NCBI GenBank assembly: GCA_040876265.1
Contig: JBBDPN010000001.1
Coordinates: 310,208-374,207, forward strand
From: Candidatus Woykebacteria bacterium
GTDB taxonomy: Bacteria; Patescibacteriota; Microgenomatia; Woykebacterales; RBG-16-39-9b
Direction of reading: 5' to 3'
Length of the DNA stretch: 64,000 nt
How positions within the stretch are numbered: the first letter of the stretch is position 1; the number at the start of each line of letters is the position of its first letter. A program made the position numbers and the translations under genes. The notes under the pieces are model-generated. The model was not told the origin of the DNA. It did no database searches and saw only the letters and a program-made list of their open reading frames with translations. This document shows positions 38,817 through 48,182 of this stretch, one piece after another.

Positions 38817-40133
38817 CTAACCCTGCCTAGTTATCCTCGCACCCAGTTGCTCTAATCGACCTTCAAGATTTTCGTAACCCCTCTCGATATGCTCAATACC
38901 TATTATCTCGCTTTTGCCTTGCGCCATAAGAGCCGCGAGCACAAGCGTTGCTCCGGAGCGGATGTCAGTTACCTCTAGCTTTTTTCCTTGCAGCAACGTA
39001 TGTCCAGAAATTCTTACAGCGTGGGGCTGTTTTGATTCTCTATCGTTCGATCCAAAATTGTAAAATTCTTCTGGGTTTTTTATCTGTGGTGCGAAAAGCT
39101 CTATCTTTGCACCCATTTTTTTTAAATTCTCCACATAGCCAAACCTGTTCTCAAAAATAGTCTCGTGAACGATTGATTCACCGTTTGCTTGTGTCATCAA
39201 GGCCGCCCAGAGGCTCTGCCAATCGGTCATGAAACCAGGATGCGGCGCGGTTGCAACATTTGTCGAATCTAATTTACCAGAATGGACGATCTTAATTTTG
39301 TTTTGGCTTGTTTCAACACTCCCACCAGTTTCTTTCACTTTATCCAAAAAGGTTTGAACATCGATCGGATTTGCATTTTCAATTTCTATTTCCCCACCGG
39401 TCCCAAGCGCCATACAACCAAAAGTTACTACTTCATTCCTATCTGGCATCACTTTGTGGACGGCGCCTTTCAACGAGCTGACACCTTCTATCTCGATCGT
39501 CCTCTCCGCACTTCTTTTTATCTTCGCACCCATTTGGTTCAGAAAGGTAGTTAGGTCATCCACCTCCGGTTCAGCGGCCGCGTTTTCGATTCTAGTTTCA
39601 CCATCAGCCAGAACCGCCGCGAGAATCAACCCTTCAGTTCCGGTATGAGAATTTTTGGGAAAGCTGTATTCTGTTCCCTTTAAACCATTTGGCGACGAGG
39701 CCCGAATAATATCCCCTTCAATATCTATTTCCACTCCCATAGACCTGAGTCCATCCAAAAACCAGTTTATCGGCCGCTGCCCTATCTGGTCGCCGGCCGG
39801 CAGGGAAACTGTTCCGCGTTTGAAGCGGTGAAGGAGGACGGGAAGATACATAAAGGACGCCCGAGATTTTATCCCTAGCTCTTCTGGCACTTTGTCCGTA
39901 GAAACTCCCCCGCTTATTTCCATCGTGTCATCGGAAAATTCTACCTTGGCTCCCAGAGCCTCAATTATTTTTTTCACGGCAACGACATCGCGGATGTAGG
40001 GAATGTTGGTGATGGTAGAGCGATCATCGGTGAGTAGAGAGGCAATCATTTGCTTAAACCCGGCGTTTTTGGCTCCAGGAATACGGACACTGCCGCGAAG
40101 CGGCACACCACCCTCGATGACATATTTAGCCAT
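38817..40133 (-). CDS. murA: UDP-GlcNAc enolpyruvyl transferase (Cys115 equivalent is Asp)
   Basis: GAKNA, LPAGDQIGQRP, NAAAEPEV, PGFMTD, DIRSG, RGYE. Confidence 0.96.
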   Translation of the reverse strand: MAKYVIEGGVPLRGSVRIPGAKNAGFKQMIASLLTDDRSTITNIPYIRDVVAVKKIIEALGAKVEFSDDTMEISGGVSTDKVPEELGIKSRASFMYLPVLLHRFKRGTVSLPAGDQIGQRPINWFLDGLRSMGVEIDIEGDIIRASSPNGLKGTEYSFPKNSHTGTEGLILAAVLADGETRIENAAAEPEVDDLTTFLNQMGAKIKRSAERTIEIEGVSSLKGAVHKVMPDRNEVVTFGCMALGTGGEIEIENANPIDVQTFLDKVKETGGSVETSQNKIKIVHSGKLDSTNVATAPHPGFMTDWQSLWAALMTQANGESIVHETIFENRFGYVENLKKMGAKIELFAPQIKNPEEFYNFGSNDRESKQPHAVRISGHTLLQGKKLEVTDIRSGATLVLAALMAQGKSEIIGIEHIERGYENLEGRLEQLGARITRQG

Positions 40134-40183
40134 TAGACCACCAATTTTAAGCTAGCGGTAGTGAGATTGCAACAATCTCAAGT

Positions 40184-40218
40184 TGTAAGATTTACGATGT
40201 AAGATGTAAGACTTACGA
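40184..40218. repeat. Five tandem heptamers (TGTAAGA / YTTACGA)
   Basis: tgtaaga tttacga tgtaaga tgtaaga cttacga. Confidence 0.85.
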
Positions 40219-40227
40219 TTAAAAAGT

Positions 40228-40935
40228 TTATTCTGAGCTTGTCGAAGAAAGGAATTTGAAGGTCGAAAGTAACAAATCGTAAAGGTTTTCTTGGTAATGA
40301 AGAAATTCAGTTAAAATATATACGGTTGTAGAATCCTTTTGTACGTAGGTAGTAACGTGCGTTCCAAATCCAGCCTGTTCCCAAATTCTTTTAATCGTTC
40401 TCCGACCATCAACTGTGATTTCCTTTTTAGAAACTGTTGTCGTCATCGAACTTTCTTTTGAGGTTACATAATCTTCTAAGGATTGGCCTTCACTTTTTGT
40501 ACCTTTGGTAATACTTAACTTAACTTTCCCTTCGTCTTCTGGCAAACTAAATCCGGTACTACGAGTCTCGGAAGGTCCGTAATTTATAATTTCAACTTCG
40601 TACTCAGGTGTTGTTTCTGTGCTAATAGTCCAATCTTTTGGGTGTTTAATAGAGAATTTAAGTACTGAATCTGTATAAGTCTTCCAATCTGCTGTTTCAT
40701 CTTTTTGGGCAGAGGTAGTAGATTGTTTTGCGCTTTCGGTGGAGACTTTGGCCGTAGTAACTGGAGTAGTTTCTTGTTTGGTTTGGGAATCAACGTAGTA
40801 CCAGATAGCCACGGCTATTGGGCCGGTTATCGCCAAAATTACAACTAACGTGAGAATGATCTTTTTCCAAGATATAACTTTGGTGGATTTACTTTGAGTA
40901 GGAACAGAATTTTCCGATGCTTCATTAGCCATCAT
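40228..40935 (-). CDS. Single-TM hypothetical surface protein (Thr-rich linker, PsbP-like domain)
   Basis: TM, TADWKTYT..FSIKHPKDW, C-terminal LSTFKF. Confidence 0.65.
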   Translation of the reverse strand: MMANEASENSVPTQSKSTKVISWKKIILTLVVILAITGPIAVAIWYYVDSQTKQETTPVTTAKVSTESAKQSTTSAQKDETADWKTYTDSVLKFSIKHPKDWTISTETTPEYEVEIINYGPSETRSTGFSLPEDEGKVKLSITKGTKSEGQSLEDYVTSKESSMTTTVSKKEITVDGRRTIKRIWEQAGFGTHVTTYVQKDSTTVYILTEFLHYQENLYDLLLSTFKFLSSTSSE

Positions 40936-40961
40936 TTACATCTTCCCAAACCGCCACACCT

Positions 40962-41077
40962 TTGTCAATTGTTGACAAGGTTGACAAGGGTTGACAAGGC
41001 CAGGCCTTACCACTTCTTCTCGCTACTAATCAGGTTTAATTCCGTCTGACAGGTCTGACAGGGCCTGACCCTGTCAG
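40962..41077. repeat. REP-like cluster: TTGACAAGG x3, AAGGCCAGGCCTT, CTGACAGG x2 with a 9-bp hairpin
   Basis: Direct reading of 40972-41008 and 41046-41077 (CTGACAGGG/CCCTGTCAG). Confidence 0.8.
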
Positions 41078-41083
41078 TTCCCG

Positions 41084-41986
41084 TTAGGTCCAGTCGCCTA
41101 GGTAACGGACTTCTTCCTTGAGGTTTACATTAAATTTTTCTTTAACCGAGGTTTTCATCAAGTCTATTAACGCTTTTATATCGGAAGCCTTCGCCCCGCC
41201 CTCGTTAATAATAAAATTGGCGTGTTTTTCGCTTATTTTAGCCCCACCGATTTTTTTACCTTTCAGGCCACATTGTTCAATTAGTTTTCCAGCGTGATCA
41301 TAGTCTGGATTTTTGAACGTAGAACCCACTGTCGCACCGGCCGGGTGGTGCATTTTTCGCACTAATATATCTTTCGCGGCTTCCTCCACTTCTTCACGGT
41401 TAGACTCTTGAAGCTGCAACTTTACCTTTAATATTACTTCCCCAATTTTTTGAAATCTAGAGCTGCGGTACCCAAACTCGCATTCTTTCTGGTCCAACTT
41501 TTTTAGCTCACCCTCTTTATCGATAACCTCAACAGAAACAACCAAATCACCGAAAAATTTACTTTTACCCGTGTCTCCGGCGTTCATAAACACAGCACCA
41601 CCGACTGTCCCCGGAACTTTGAGCAGCCTTTCTGTCCCTAGTAAATTTCTATTCTTCGCCCCTTTTATAAGCTCGGTATTATCCACACCCGAGCTAGCTT
41701 CAACAAAACCGTGCGGTAAGAACTTTAAATCTTTCGCTTTATTCGCAATTACCAAACCCCTCATCCCTTTATCGGAAACCAGTACGTTGGCTCCATTACC
41801 TAAAACAGTATAGGGCACATCTTCTTTAATAGCAGTTTCAACGGCTTCGGCTAGTTCTTTCGCGCTACCGGCTTCATAATAAAAATCAGCCGGTCCCCCC
41901 ACTCTCATTTGGGTATGATGGCTCATTGGCTCTTGGAGCTTGACCTTGTTGAACCCGAGTTTTTTTACCAAAGAATCTTCGCTCAT
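41084..41986 (-). CDS. murB: UDP-MurNAc dehydrogenase
   Basis: VGGPAD, PGTVGGAVFMNAG, FGYRSS, GSTFKNP, SEKHANFI. Confidence 0.96.
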   Translation of the reverse strand: MSEDSLVKKLGFNKVKLQEPMSHHTQMRVGGPADFYYEAGSAKELAEAVETAIKEDVPYTVLGNGANVLVSDKGMRGLVIANKAKDLKFLPHGFVEASSGVDNTELIKGAKNRNLLGTERLLKVPGTVGGAVFMNAGDTGKSKFFGDLVVSVEVIDKEGELKKLDQKECEFGYRSSRFQKIGEVILKVKLQLQESNREEVEEAAKDILVRKMHHPAGATVGSTFKNPDYDHAGKLIEQCGLKGKKIGGAKISEKHANFIINEGGAKASDIKALIDLMKTSVKEKFNVNLKEEVRYLGDWT

Positions 41987-43260
41987 CCTTTTCCCTGCAA
42001 TTTTTCAAGTAGTCTGTCGGGCAACTTATAAATATCCCCGGCTCCCATTGTAATTACCACGTCTCCTACTGAAACTTCTTTCACAATGTAAGTTGCCGCT
42101 TCCTCCAGTGTCGGTATATATTTTGCGTTTTCGCCGATCGCCTTTACCAAATCAACACTTGAAACCTCGCCCGTATCTTTTTCTCTAGACCCAAAAATAT
42201 CAGTAATGAGGACCTGATTAACAAGATAGTTAGAAAACGAATCAACAAAATCATCAAACAATGCTTTTGTACGAGAAAAAAGGTGCGGTTGAAATACCAG
42301 CCAAATTTTTTTAGTTGGAAATTTTTCCCTAGCGGCTTTCAAAGTCTCGGAAATGGCTGTGGGATGATGAGCATAATCATCAAAAACTAAGACTCCTTTT
42401 TCTTCCCCAACAAATTCAAAACGTCTTCCGAGACCATTGAATTTCTCGAGAGTTTTTCGGCTCTGTTCCTCACCGATACCGACTACTTTGGCAGCCGCCG
42501 TTGCGATAGCAGCGTTCATCTTATTAAATCGTCCAACCATTTTGAGATTAAAACTTACCGGGTTTACTACGTTTATAGTCCTACCTTTTGGACTAATCAA
42601 ATTCACCCCAGGTCCAATCACTAGCGATGAGTCTTTGTCGAGATTCGTAACAAATTTTTCAAAGACCTTTTTCATTTTCCCAAAGTCTTTAAAATACTCA
42701 GGGTGGTCGAATTCTATATTTGTAATAGCGGCGATTTTAGGCTTAAACCTGAGTAACTTCTCGCTGTACTCATCAGCTTCAATGACAAAATACTTTGAAT
42801 CTCCCAACCGCCAGTTTCGCCCCCAATCATCTACAACCGCACCAATCAAACAGTTGGGGTCCAACCCTGCTTTCTCTAAAATAACGCCGACCATTGCCGT
42901 AACTGTTCCCTTACCATGGGTTCCAGCTATTGCGATCACAAATTTGTTTTTGACAAGCTCGTCTGCGACAAACTCATCCCAAGCAACTGCTTTTATTCCT
43001 CTTTTTTGGGCTGCAGATAACTCCTCGTTATTTTGGTCAAAGCTAGGTATTGCCGGAGAATAAACTAGCAGATCAATACCGTTAATGTGTTCTGGACTAT
43101 GACCGGTAAGTACAAACTTGCTAAGCGTCTTGTCCAGATAGGGCGATCCCTTTTCCTTATCGCAGCCAGAAACTTGAAACCCTACGTGTTTGGCGATAGC
43201 AAAAGCAGCAGAACAACCTGCTCCACCAACACCCATAAAATGGATCCTTTTACCCACCAT
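41983..43260 (-). CDS. murC: UDP-MurNAc:L-Ala ligase
   Basis: GVGGAG, AGTHGKGT, EADE, DDYAHHPT, FQPH, GAGD. Confidence 0.96.
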   Translation of the reverse strand: MVGKRIHFMGVGGAGCSAAFAIAKHVGFQVSGCDKEKGSPYLDKTLSKFVLTGHSPEHINGIDLLVYSPAIPSFDQNNEELSAAQKRGIKAVAWDEFVADELVKNKFVIAIAGTHGKGTVTAMVGVILEKAGLDPNCLIGAVVDDWGRNWRLGDSKYFVIEADEYSEKLLRFKPKIAAITNIEFDHPEYFKDFGKMKKVFEKFVTNLDKDSSLVIGPGVNLISPKGRTINVVNPVSFNLKMVGRFNKMNAAIATAAAKVVGIGEEQSRKTLEKFNGLGRRFEFVGEEKGVLVFDDYAHHPTAISETLKAAREKFPTKKIWLVFQPHLFSRTKALFDDFVDSFSNYLVNQVLITDIFGSREKDTGEVSSVDLVKAIGENAKYIPTLEEAATYIVKEVSVGDVVITMGAGDIYKLPDRLLEKLQGKG

Positions 43261-43972
43261 TTCGTAACCCTATTAAAACTGCAATTCTACTATCAGTTCC
43301 ATCTCTTCGGTACGAGAAAAAATCGGGATTTTCATAAGTACAGGACTTAATAGTCACATCTATATTAGGTTTGATAATTCCAAAATCGATTAACTGATCG
43401 ACGTTCGCTTGTTTGAGATCAAGGTGAATACTACCAGAGAGACTCCTCATCACTGATTTACCAAAGCCACTTTTTGTAAAAGCGCTTGCAACGTCGCTCC
43501 TTACCTCGTAATGACAAAATTCTATAACCGGGCCAAAACCAACCAAAATATCCTTTGGTCTTGAGCCAAGTTTTAATAAGGTTCCAACTAGATTCTCTGC
43601 TATTTTTGCTTTAGTGCCGCGCCAACCAGCGTGAGCAAGACCAACAATTCTCTTCTTGGGATCAAAAGCGACAATAGGCAAACAATCGGCCACTAATATC
43701 ATCAAATATAGATCCTTTTCCGCCGTGACAAAACCATCGCACTTCTCTACTTTCCTCGCCACATCTTCTAGCGAGACGGTCCTGACGGCACCGCTGTGGA
43801 TTTGCCTTGGCTTTATTACCTTTGACCCATCAATATCAAGATATTTAAAAAATTTAGTTTGATTGTCTCTAAGTCTTTGATCACCAAATTTTTTAGTTGA
43901 AATTTCAACGACTAAATTTTTAAAGTTCGCGAGACTACTCAATGTATAGACATCATCTTTTTTCAGAAGCAT
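43250..43972 (-). CDS. pgeF: Peptidoglycan editing factor PgeF/YfiH
   Basis: QIHSG, ADCLP, HAGWRG, CT, FFSYRR. Confidence 0.92.
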   Translation of the reverse strand: MLLKKDDVYTLSSLANFKNLVVEISTKKFGDQRLRDNQTKFFKYLDIDGSKVIKPRQIHSGAVRTVSLEDVARKVEKCDGFVTAEKDLYLMILVADCLPIVAFDPKKRIVGLAHAGWRGTKAKIAENLVGTLLKLGSRPKDILVGFGPVIEFCHYEVRSDVASAFTKSGFGKSVMRSLSGSIHLDLKQANVDQLIDFGIIKPNIDVTIKSCTYENPDFFSYRRDGTDSRIAVLIGLRNGG

Positions 43973-44720
43973 TTTTATCCCTATCTCTCATCTGCTTATC
44001 TGCTTCTACTAATTCTGCAGGTGTATTTACCCCTTTCCACTCATTTGGATCGCTAAGTTTAAGAGTAGACACTCTTTTGTCCTCCGTCAAAGCTAGATCT
44101 ATTAAATCAGTGAGATAATACTCGCCTACAGCACTTTTTTTCAATTTTTTTATGGTCCGCTCCAGCCAACCAAGATTAAAAACATATGCCCCGTCATTTA
44201 TTTCTCTAATTTTTTTCTGTTCGGCACTGGCAACTTTCTCTTCCACAATTCCTATCAGCTCACCATTCTTTCTTACTATTCTACCCAAACCAGTTGGATC
44301 CTCTGGTTCTAAAGTAATAAAGGTAATAGTGTTTTGTTCATTAAGATGTTTTTCCAAAAGGCTCTTTATTGTATCTGGCCTATAAAAAGCTGAATCATCA
44401 CCATTGATGATCAGAACATCTTCGGCTTCGCTCGATAGCTCGTTTAAGCCTACTTTAGCGGCGTGACCGGTACCAAGACGCTGTTTTTGGATCGCGAACT
44501 TGTAACCTACTCCCACAGCCTCAATCACATCTTTGGCCTTATGACCAACAACAATGACAACTTCGTTGGGTCCAATTTTATTTAAGACCCTTAAAGTATG
44601 AGCGATGAGAGGTTTACCAGCTATCTCATACAAAACTTTTGGTCTTGGACTCGAAGCACCTTGGGCCAACCTGGTCCCTTTTCCAGCAGCTAAAATTACT
44701 GCAGCAAAGTTATTTCCCAT
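43953..44720 (-). CDS. Stand-alone GlmU N-terminal nucleotidyltransferase domain
   Basis: LAAGKGTR, PKVL, Q..RLGTGHA, GRIVR, EYYLTD, GVN; ends before the LbH domain. Confidence 0.85.
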   Translation of the reverse strand: MGNNFAAVILAAGKGTRLAQGASSPRPKVLYEIAGKPLIAHTLRVLNKIGPNEVVIVVGHKAKDVIEAVGVGYKFAIQKQRLGTGHAAKVGLNELSSEAEDVLIINGDDSAFYRPDTIKSLLEKHLNEQNTITFITLEPEDPTGLGRIVRKNGELIGIVEEKVASAEQKKIREINDGAYVFNLGWLERTIKKLKKSAVGEYYLTDLIDLALTEDKRVSTLKLSDPNEWKGVNTPAELVEADKQMRDRDKNASEKR

Positions 44721-46050
44721 AATTTTGGTGAGTTGAATAACTGCTCTTCTTTTCTAATTTCTTTTTCAAGGCGTTCCTGACAACTTGCTCATCACTCCAA
44801 GGATACTCTTTGCCACCAATATTCAGGCTCCGCTCATGCCCCTTGCCAAATATGGCCACTACGTCGCCGCCTGAAGCCAAAGAACCTATCGCGGTAGTAA
44901 TCGCCTCAGTTCTGTCTGCAATTTTCCAAAATGTCCGCTCTGGTATGCCGCCTTCGTTCAGGGCGCCTTGGGCAATTTTTTCGATTATTTTATTTACGTT
45001 TTCTTTTCTTGGGTCTTCGGCAGTAAATATACTCACGTCCGCTAGTTGGGTTGCTACTTTACCCATCATACTTCTTTTTCCTACGTCTCTTTCGCCTGCA
45101 GAACCAAAAACTGCAATAAGCTTACCCTTTGTAAAGGAGCGCAACGTCCGCAAGGCGTTTTCCAAAGCAATTGGCGTATGCGCAAAATCTACTATAACAT
45201 CAAAATCCTGACCTAGATCTACTGACTGCATCCTACCTACAACACTCTCGAACGTTGATATAGCTGATATTATTTGTTCGGTCGCTATCCCCAAATTTGA
45301 GGTAAGGGCAAAAGCAGCCAGGATATTATAAACGTTGAATTCCCCTACTAGTCGTGTTCTAACTCGCGAAGACCTTTTCTGTTTCTTCTCTTCAAAATGA
45401 ACCTCAAATTCACTACCTATTTTTCCAAGTTTTATTGATTTTGCCACGTAGTCTGCCGAATTTTTTATTCCGTAACTAATCAGCTGCCCACCACCTCTAC
45501 CTTTAAGTTTTTCGAAATACTTATCGTCGGCGTTTAGAACCCGAAGGTTTACACCGTTGAGTAACTTTGCTTTGGCCTCAAGGTAGTTTTCATAGGAACC
45601 ATGATAATCTAGGTGCTCATGCGTAATATTCGTTATGATACCAGCAAAAAACTTTACAAAAGCTACTCTTCCTTGCGCTAGGCCATGAGAAGTAACCTCG
45701 ACAACTGCGTACTCACTACCAGAATTTGCCATTTTTTTCAGCAAACCTTGGACTTTTATTGGGTCTGGTGTGGTGACATGAAATCCTGTGTCAATCGCCG
45801 TTTGGGCTATCTTTGCCTCCACAGTAGATACCATTGAAACCTTTTCCTGAGCACTGTTGAGAATATGATATACGAGGTGGACGGTTGTTGTTTTACCATC
45901 TGTACCGGTTACACCAATAACCTTAAGCTTGCCAGCTGGGAATAAAAAAATTAAAGCTCCTAGGAGAGCTTGAAAATAGTGGTAGGCGCTTTTTATAGGC
46001 TCTGGCACCAGCTTTTTGAAGCTAGCTAGCATAGTTAGGGATTTTATCAC
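44710..46050 (-). CDS. murE: MurE ligase (start possibly 46032)
   Basis: TGTDGKTT, HVTTPD, EVTSHG, HEHLDYH, DFAHT, AEDPR, GKGHE. Confidence 0.95.
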   Translation of the reverse strand: MIKSLTMLASFKKLVPEPIKSAYHYFQALLGALIFLFPAGKLKVIGVTGTDGKTTTVHLVYHILNSAQEKVSMVSTVEAKIAQTAIDTGFHVTTPDPIKVQGLLKKMANSGSEYAVVEVTSHGLAQGRVAFVKFFAGIITNITHEHLDYHGSYENYLEAKAKLLNGVNLRVLNADDKYFEKLKGRGGGQLISYGIKNSADYVAKSIKLGKIGSEFEVHFEEKKQKRSSRVRTRLVGEFNVYNILAAFALTSNLGIATEQIISAISTFESVVGRMQSVDLGQDFDVIVDFAHTPIALENALRTLRSFTKGKLIAVFGSAGERDVGKRSMMGKVATQLADVSIFTAEDPRKENVNKIIEKIAQGALNEGGIPERTFWKIADRTEAITTAIGSLASGGDVVAIFGKGHERSLNIGGKEYPWSDEQVVRNALKKKLEKKSSYSTHQNYGK

Positions 46051-46077
46051 ACAGGAACTTACTCATCAACCAAAGTA

Positions 46078-47847
46078 TCATTGATCAATTGGTATACCCC
46101 AATAAGGATAAAGTTCGGAGGCTATTTCAAAAAAAAGCGGTTCAGCGGTCTCAGCAGCAAATATTGAAGCTGACGGGTCAAAAAGGACTATAATCGCCGC
46201 GAACCTTGGCTCCTCCACCGGACCAAACGCAACAAAAGAAGCTACTGTCTTGGTAGAATATTGCCCAGCAATTGGGACCTGGGCAGTGCCGGTCTTACCA
46301 CCAATTCTATAACCATGAGGAATGAGTTTCTTGGCCTCGCCACCTTCAACAGCGGCTAGAAGCAGCTGCTTCATTAAAGTTGCCGTTGATGATTTTAAGA
46401 CCCGTCCTACTTTTTTGGGGCTAAAATCCACTGTACTCTTCGAACCTATTATTTTTTTTACAACATAAGGTTTCATAAGTATTCCATCGTTAGCGATTGC
46501 CGCAACTGCGTTGACCATCTGCAAAGGGGTCACGGATAAACCTTGGCCAAAAGCAGCGGTTACAAGCTCGATTTCATGCCAGTCTTTTCGTTGTTTTATA
46601 ATTCCTGTCTCCTCGCCCTGAAGGTCAATACCAGTTTGGGCGCCAAAGCCAAAATTATTTATGTATTTTAGAAATGTATCAGTACCCATTTTTTGAGCTG
46701 CAAAGGCTGCTCCGACGTTGTCAGAGTGTTGTAGAATCTGGGTAACAGTGGAACCTGGATGATATTTATTGTCCACTGTTTGAACCTCATACCCACTTGC
46801 CTTAACAGGACCCCGACAAGAACAGATCGTATCTGGTTTTATCGACCCAGAATCCAAAGCAGCGGAAAAAGTAATAGATTTAAACGTGGAGCCTGGTTCA
46901 TAGACCTCCGACACGCCCAAATTTTTGAACTCTGTAGTAGGAGAATTGACCGGACCAAGTAAGTCAAACGAAGGATAGGACGAACTGGCAATTACAGCTC
47001 CGGTATTTGGATCCAATATTATTGCTATTCCAGATCTTGCTCCGTAGCGCTCGACCCCTTCAAAGAGCTTCCTATCAACGATAAATTGAACAGTCCTGTC
47101 GATATTTGTTAGTAAATCGGAACCGTCTAGTGCCCCAAGTCCTTCGGGACTTGAGGCAAGGATTGGCCTCCCCAAAGCATCAACTTCTTGGATCAGTGTA
47201 CCCGACCTACCCCTTAGCTCACCATCATAGTAGCCCTCGAGACCAAAATAACCCTTATCGTCCCCTTGCTCGTCTTTTCCTACAAACCCAAGTACGTTAG
47301 CTGCTAGATTTACTTCTGGGTAAAAACGTTTAGTGTCCTCTTCAAATCCTATCCCAGAAAGCTTTAATTTATCAATTTTTTCCTTTGTCCCCTCGTTTAT
47401 CTTATTTGCCAGCGGCACCCACACCAGGTTTTTTAGTTGGAGCTGTTTAATGATATGGGTCTTGATCTCGCTAAATAAGACGTCTTTTTCCGAAGACTTT
47501 AGTTTTTCTCTATTTGCGATTTTTTCTTGCAGAAGGGCTGGGACAATTTTATCGGACACCCTTTCAGAGAAATCTTCCTTGCTTTCATTTTTATCTTTAA
47601 GCTTCAATATCTCCGGGAAAATCGCGTATAATAAGTATGATTTCTGGTTTGAAACTAAAACTGATCCATCCGCTGCTAATATTTTTCCCCTGTCGGCCCC
47701 TACGAAAACAGTATTTTCTACTTGCGTTTCGGCAGCCACAGTAAATTCCTCATTTTTCACGACCTGCCAATAAAATAAACGGCCGATTATGGCGGCCGAA
47801 AAAATTAAGAGAATTACCTCTAAGATACTTATTCGACTTGTGATCAT
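46078..47847 (-). CDS. ftsI: Class B penicillin-binding protein (FtsI)
   Basis: EPGSTFK (SxxK), SDN, KTGT. Confidence 0.92.
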   Translation of the reverse strand: MITSRISILEVILLIFSAAIIGRLFYWQVVKNEEFTVAAETQVENTVFVGADRGKILAADGSVLVSNQKSYLLYAIFPEILKLKDKNESKEDFSERVSDKIVPALLQEKIANREKLKSSEKDVLFSEIKTHIIKQLQLKNLVWVPLANKINEGTKEKIDKLKLSGIGFEEDTKRFYPEVNLAANVLGFVGKDEQGDDKGYFGLEGYYDGELRGRSGTLIQEVDALGRPILASSPEGLGALDGSDLLTNIDRTVQFIVDRKLFEGVERYGARSGIAIILDPNTGAVIASSSYPSFDLLGPVNSPTTEFKNLGVSEVYEPGSTFKSITFSAALDSGSIKPDTICSCRGPVKASGYEVQTVDNKYHPGSTVTQILQHSDNVGAAFAAQKMGTDTFLKYINNFGFGAQTGIDLQGEETGIIKQRKDWHEIELVTAAFGQGLSVTPLQMVNAVAAIANDGILMKPYVVKKIIGSKSTVDFSPKKVGRVLKSSTATLMKQLLLAAVEGGEAKKLIPHGYRIGGKTGTAQVPIAGQYSTKTVASFVAFGPVEEPRFAAIIVLFDPSASIFAAETAEPLFFEIASELYPYWGIPIDQ

Positions 47848-48158
47848 CGATTAGCTATTGGAGATTTCGGTGTAAGTACCTGTACGTTTTTTGCTTTCAC
47901 GAATCCCTTTTCGGAAGCGATTTTCTCTACCCTAGAAAGCGATTTCAGTTGGCTGATAGTATTTTCAAGTCTCTGATTTTCCTCTTTAAGAATTTCGGTT
48001 TCTTGGTTAGCCGCTGCCAGTTGCTGGCCTGAAGCAGCTAACACATTCAAAAATACCACCCTGGCAAAGGAAATACTAAGTATTACCATTATAAACAAGG
48101 CCACTAGGCTACGAAAAAATGATTTTGTTTTTTCTTTTTTTACTATTTTACGTACCAT
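47844..48158 (-). CDS. ftsL: FtsL-like protein
   Basis: Basic N-terminus, TM, coiled coil, SRVEKIA; between rsmH and ftsI. Confidence 0.75.
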   Translation of the reverse strand: MVRKIVKKEKTKSFFRSLVALFIMVILSISFARVVFLNVLAASGQQLAAANQETEILKEENQRLENTISQLKSLSRVEKIASEKGFVKAKNVQVLTPKSPIANR

Positions 48159-48182
48159 TTGGGCAGGCTACCTACTTGTTTC

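Noticed and set aside
41005-41040. Displaced copy of the murB 3' end
   Set aside because: Similarity (AACCTG..GAAGAAGTG) is too short and out of register to support.
42437-43063. Long antisense ORFs (also 1169-1657, 11160-11714, 28759-29223, 61418-61915, 63594-63818)
   Set aside because: They are shadows of well-supported genes on the opposite strand, with no motifs or start signals.
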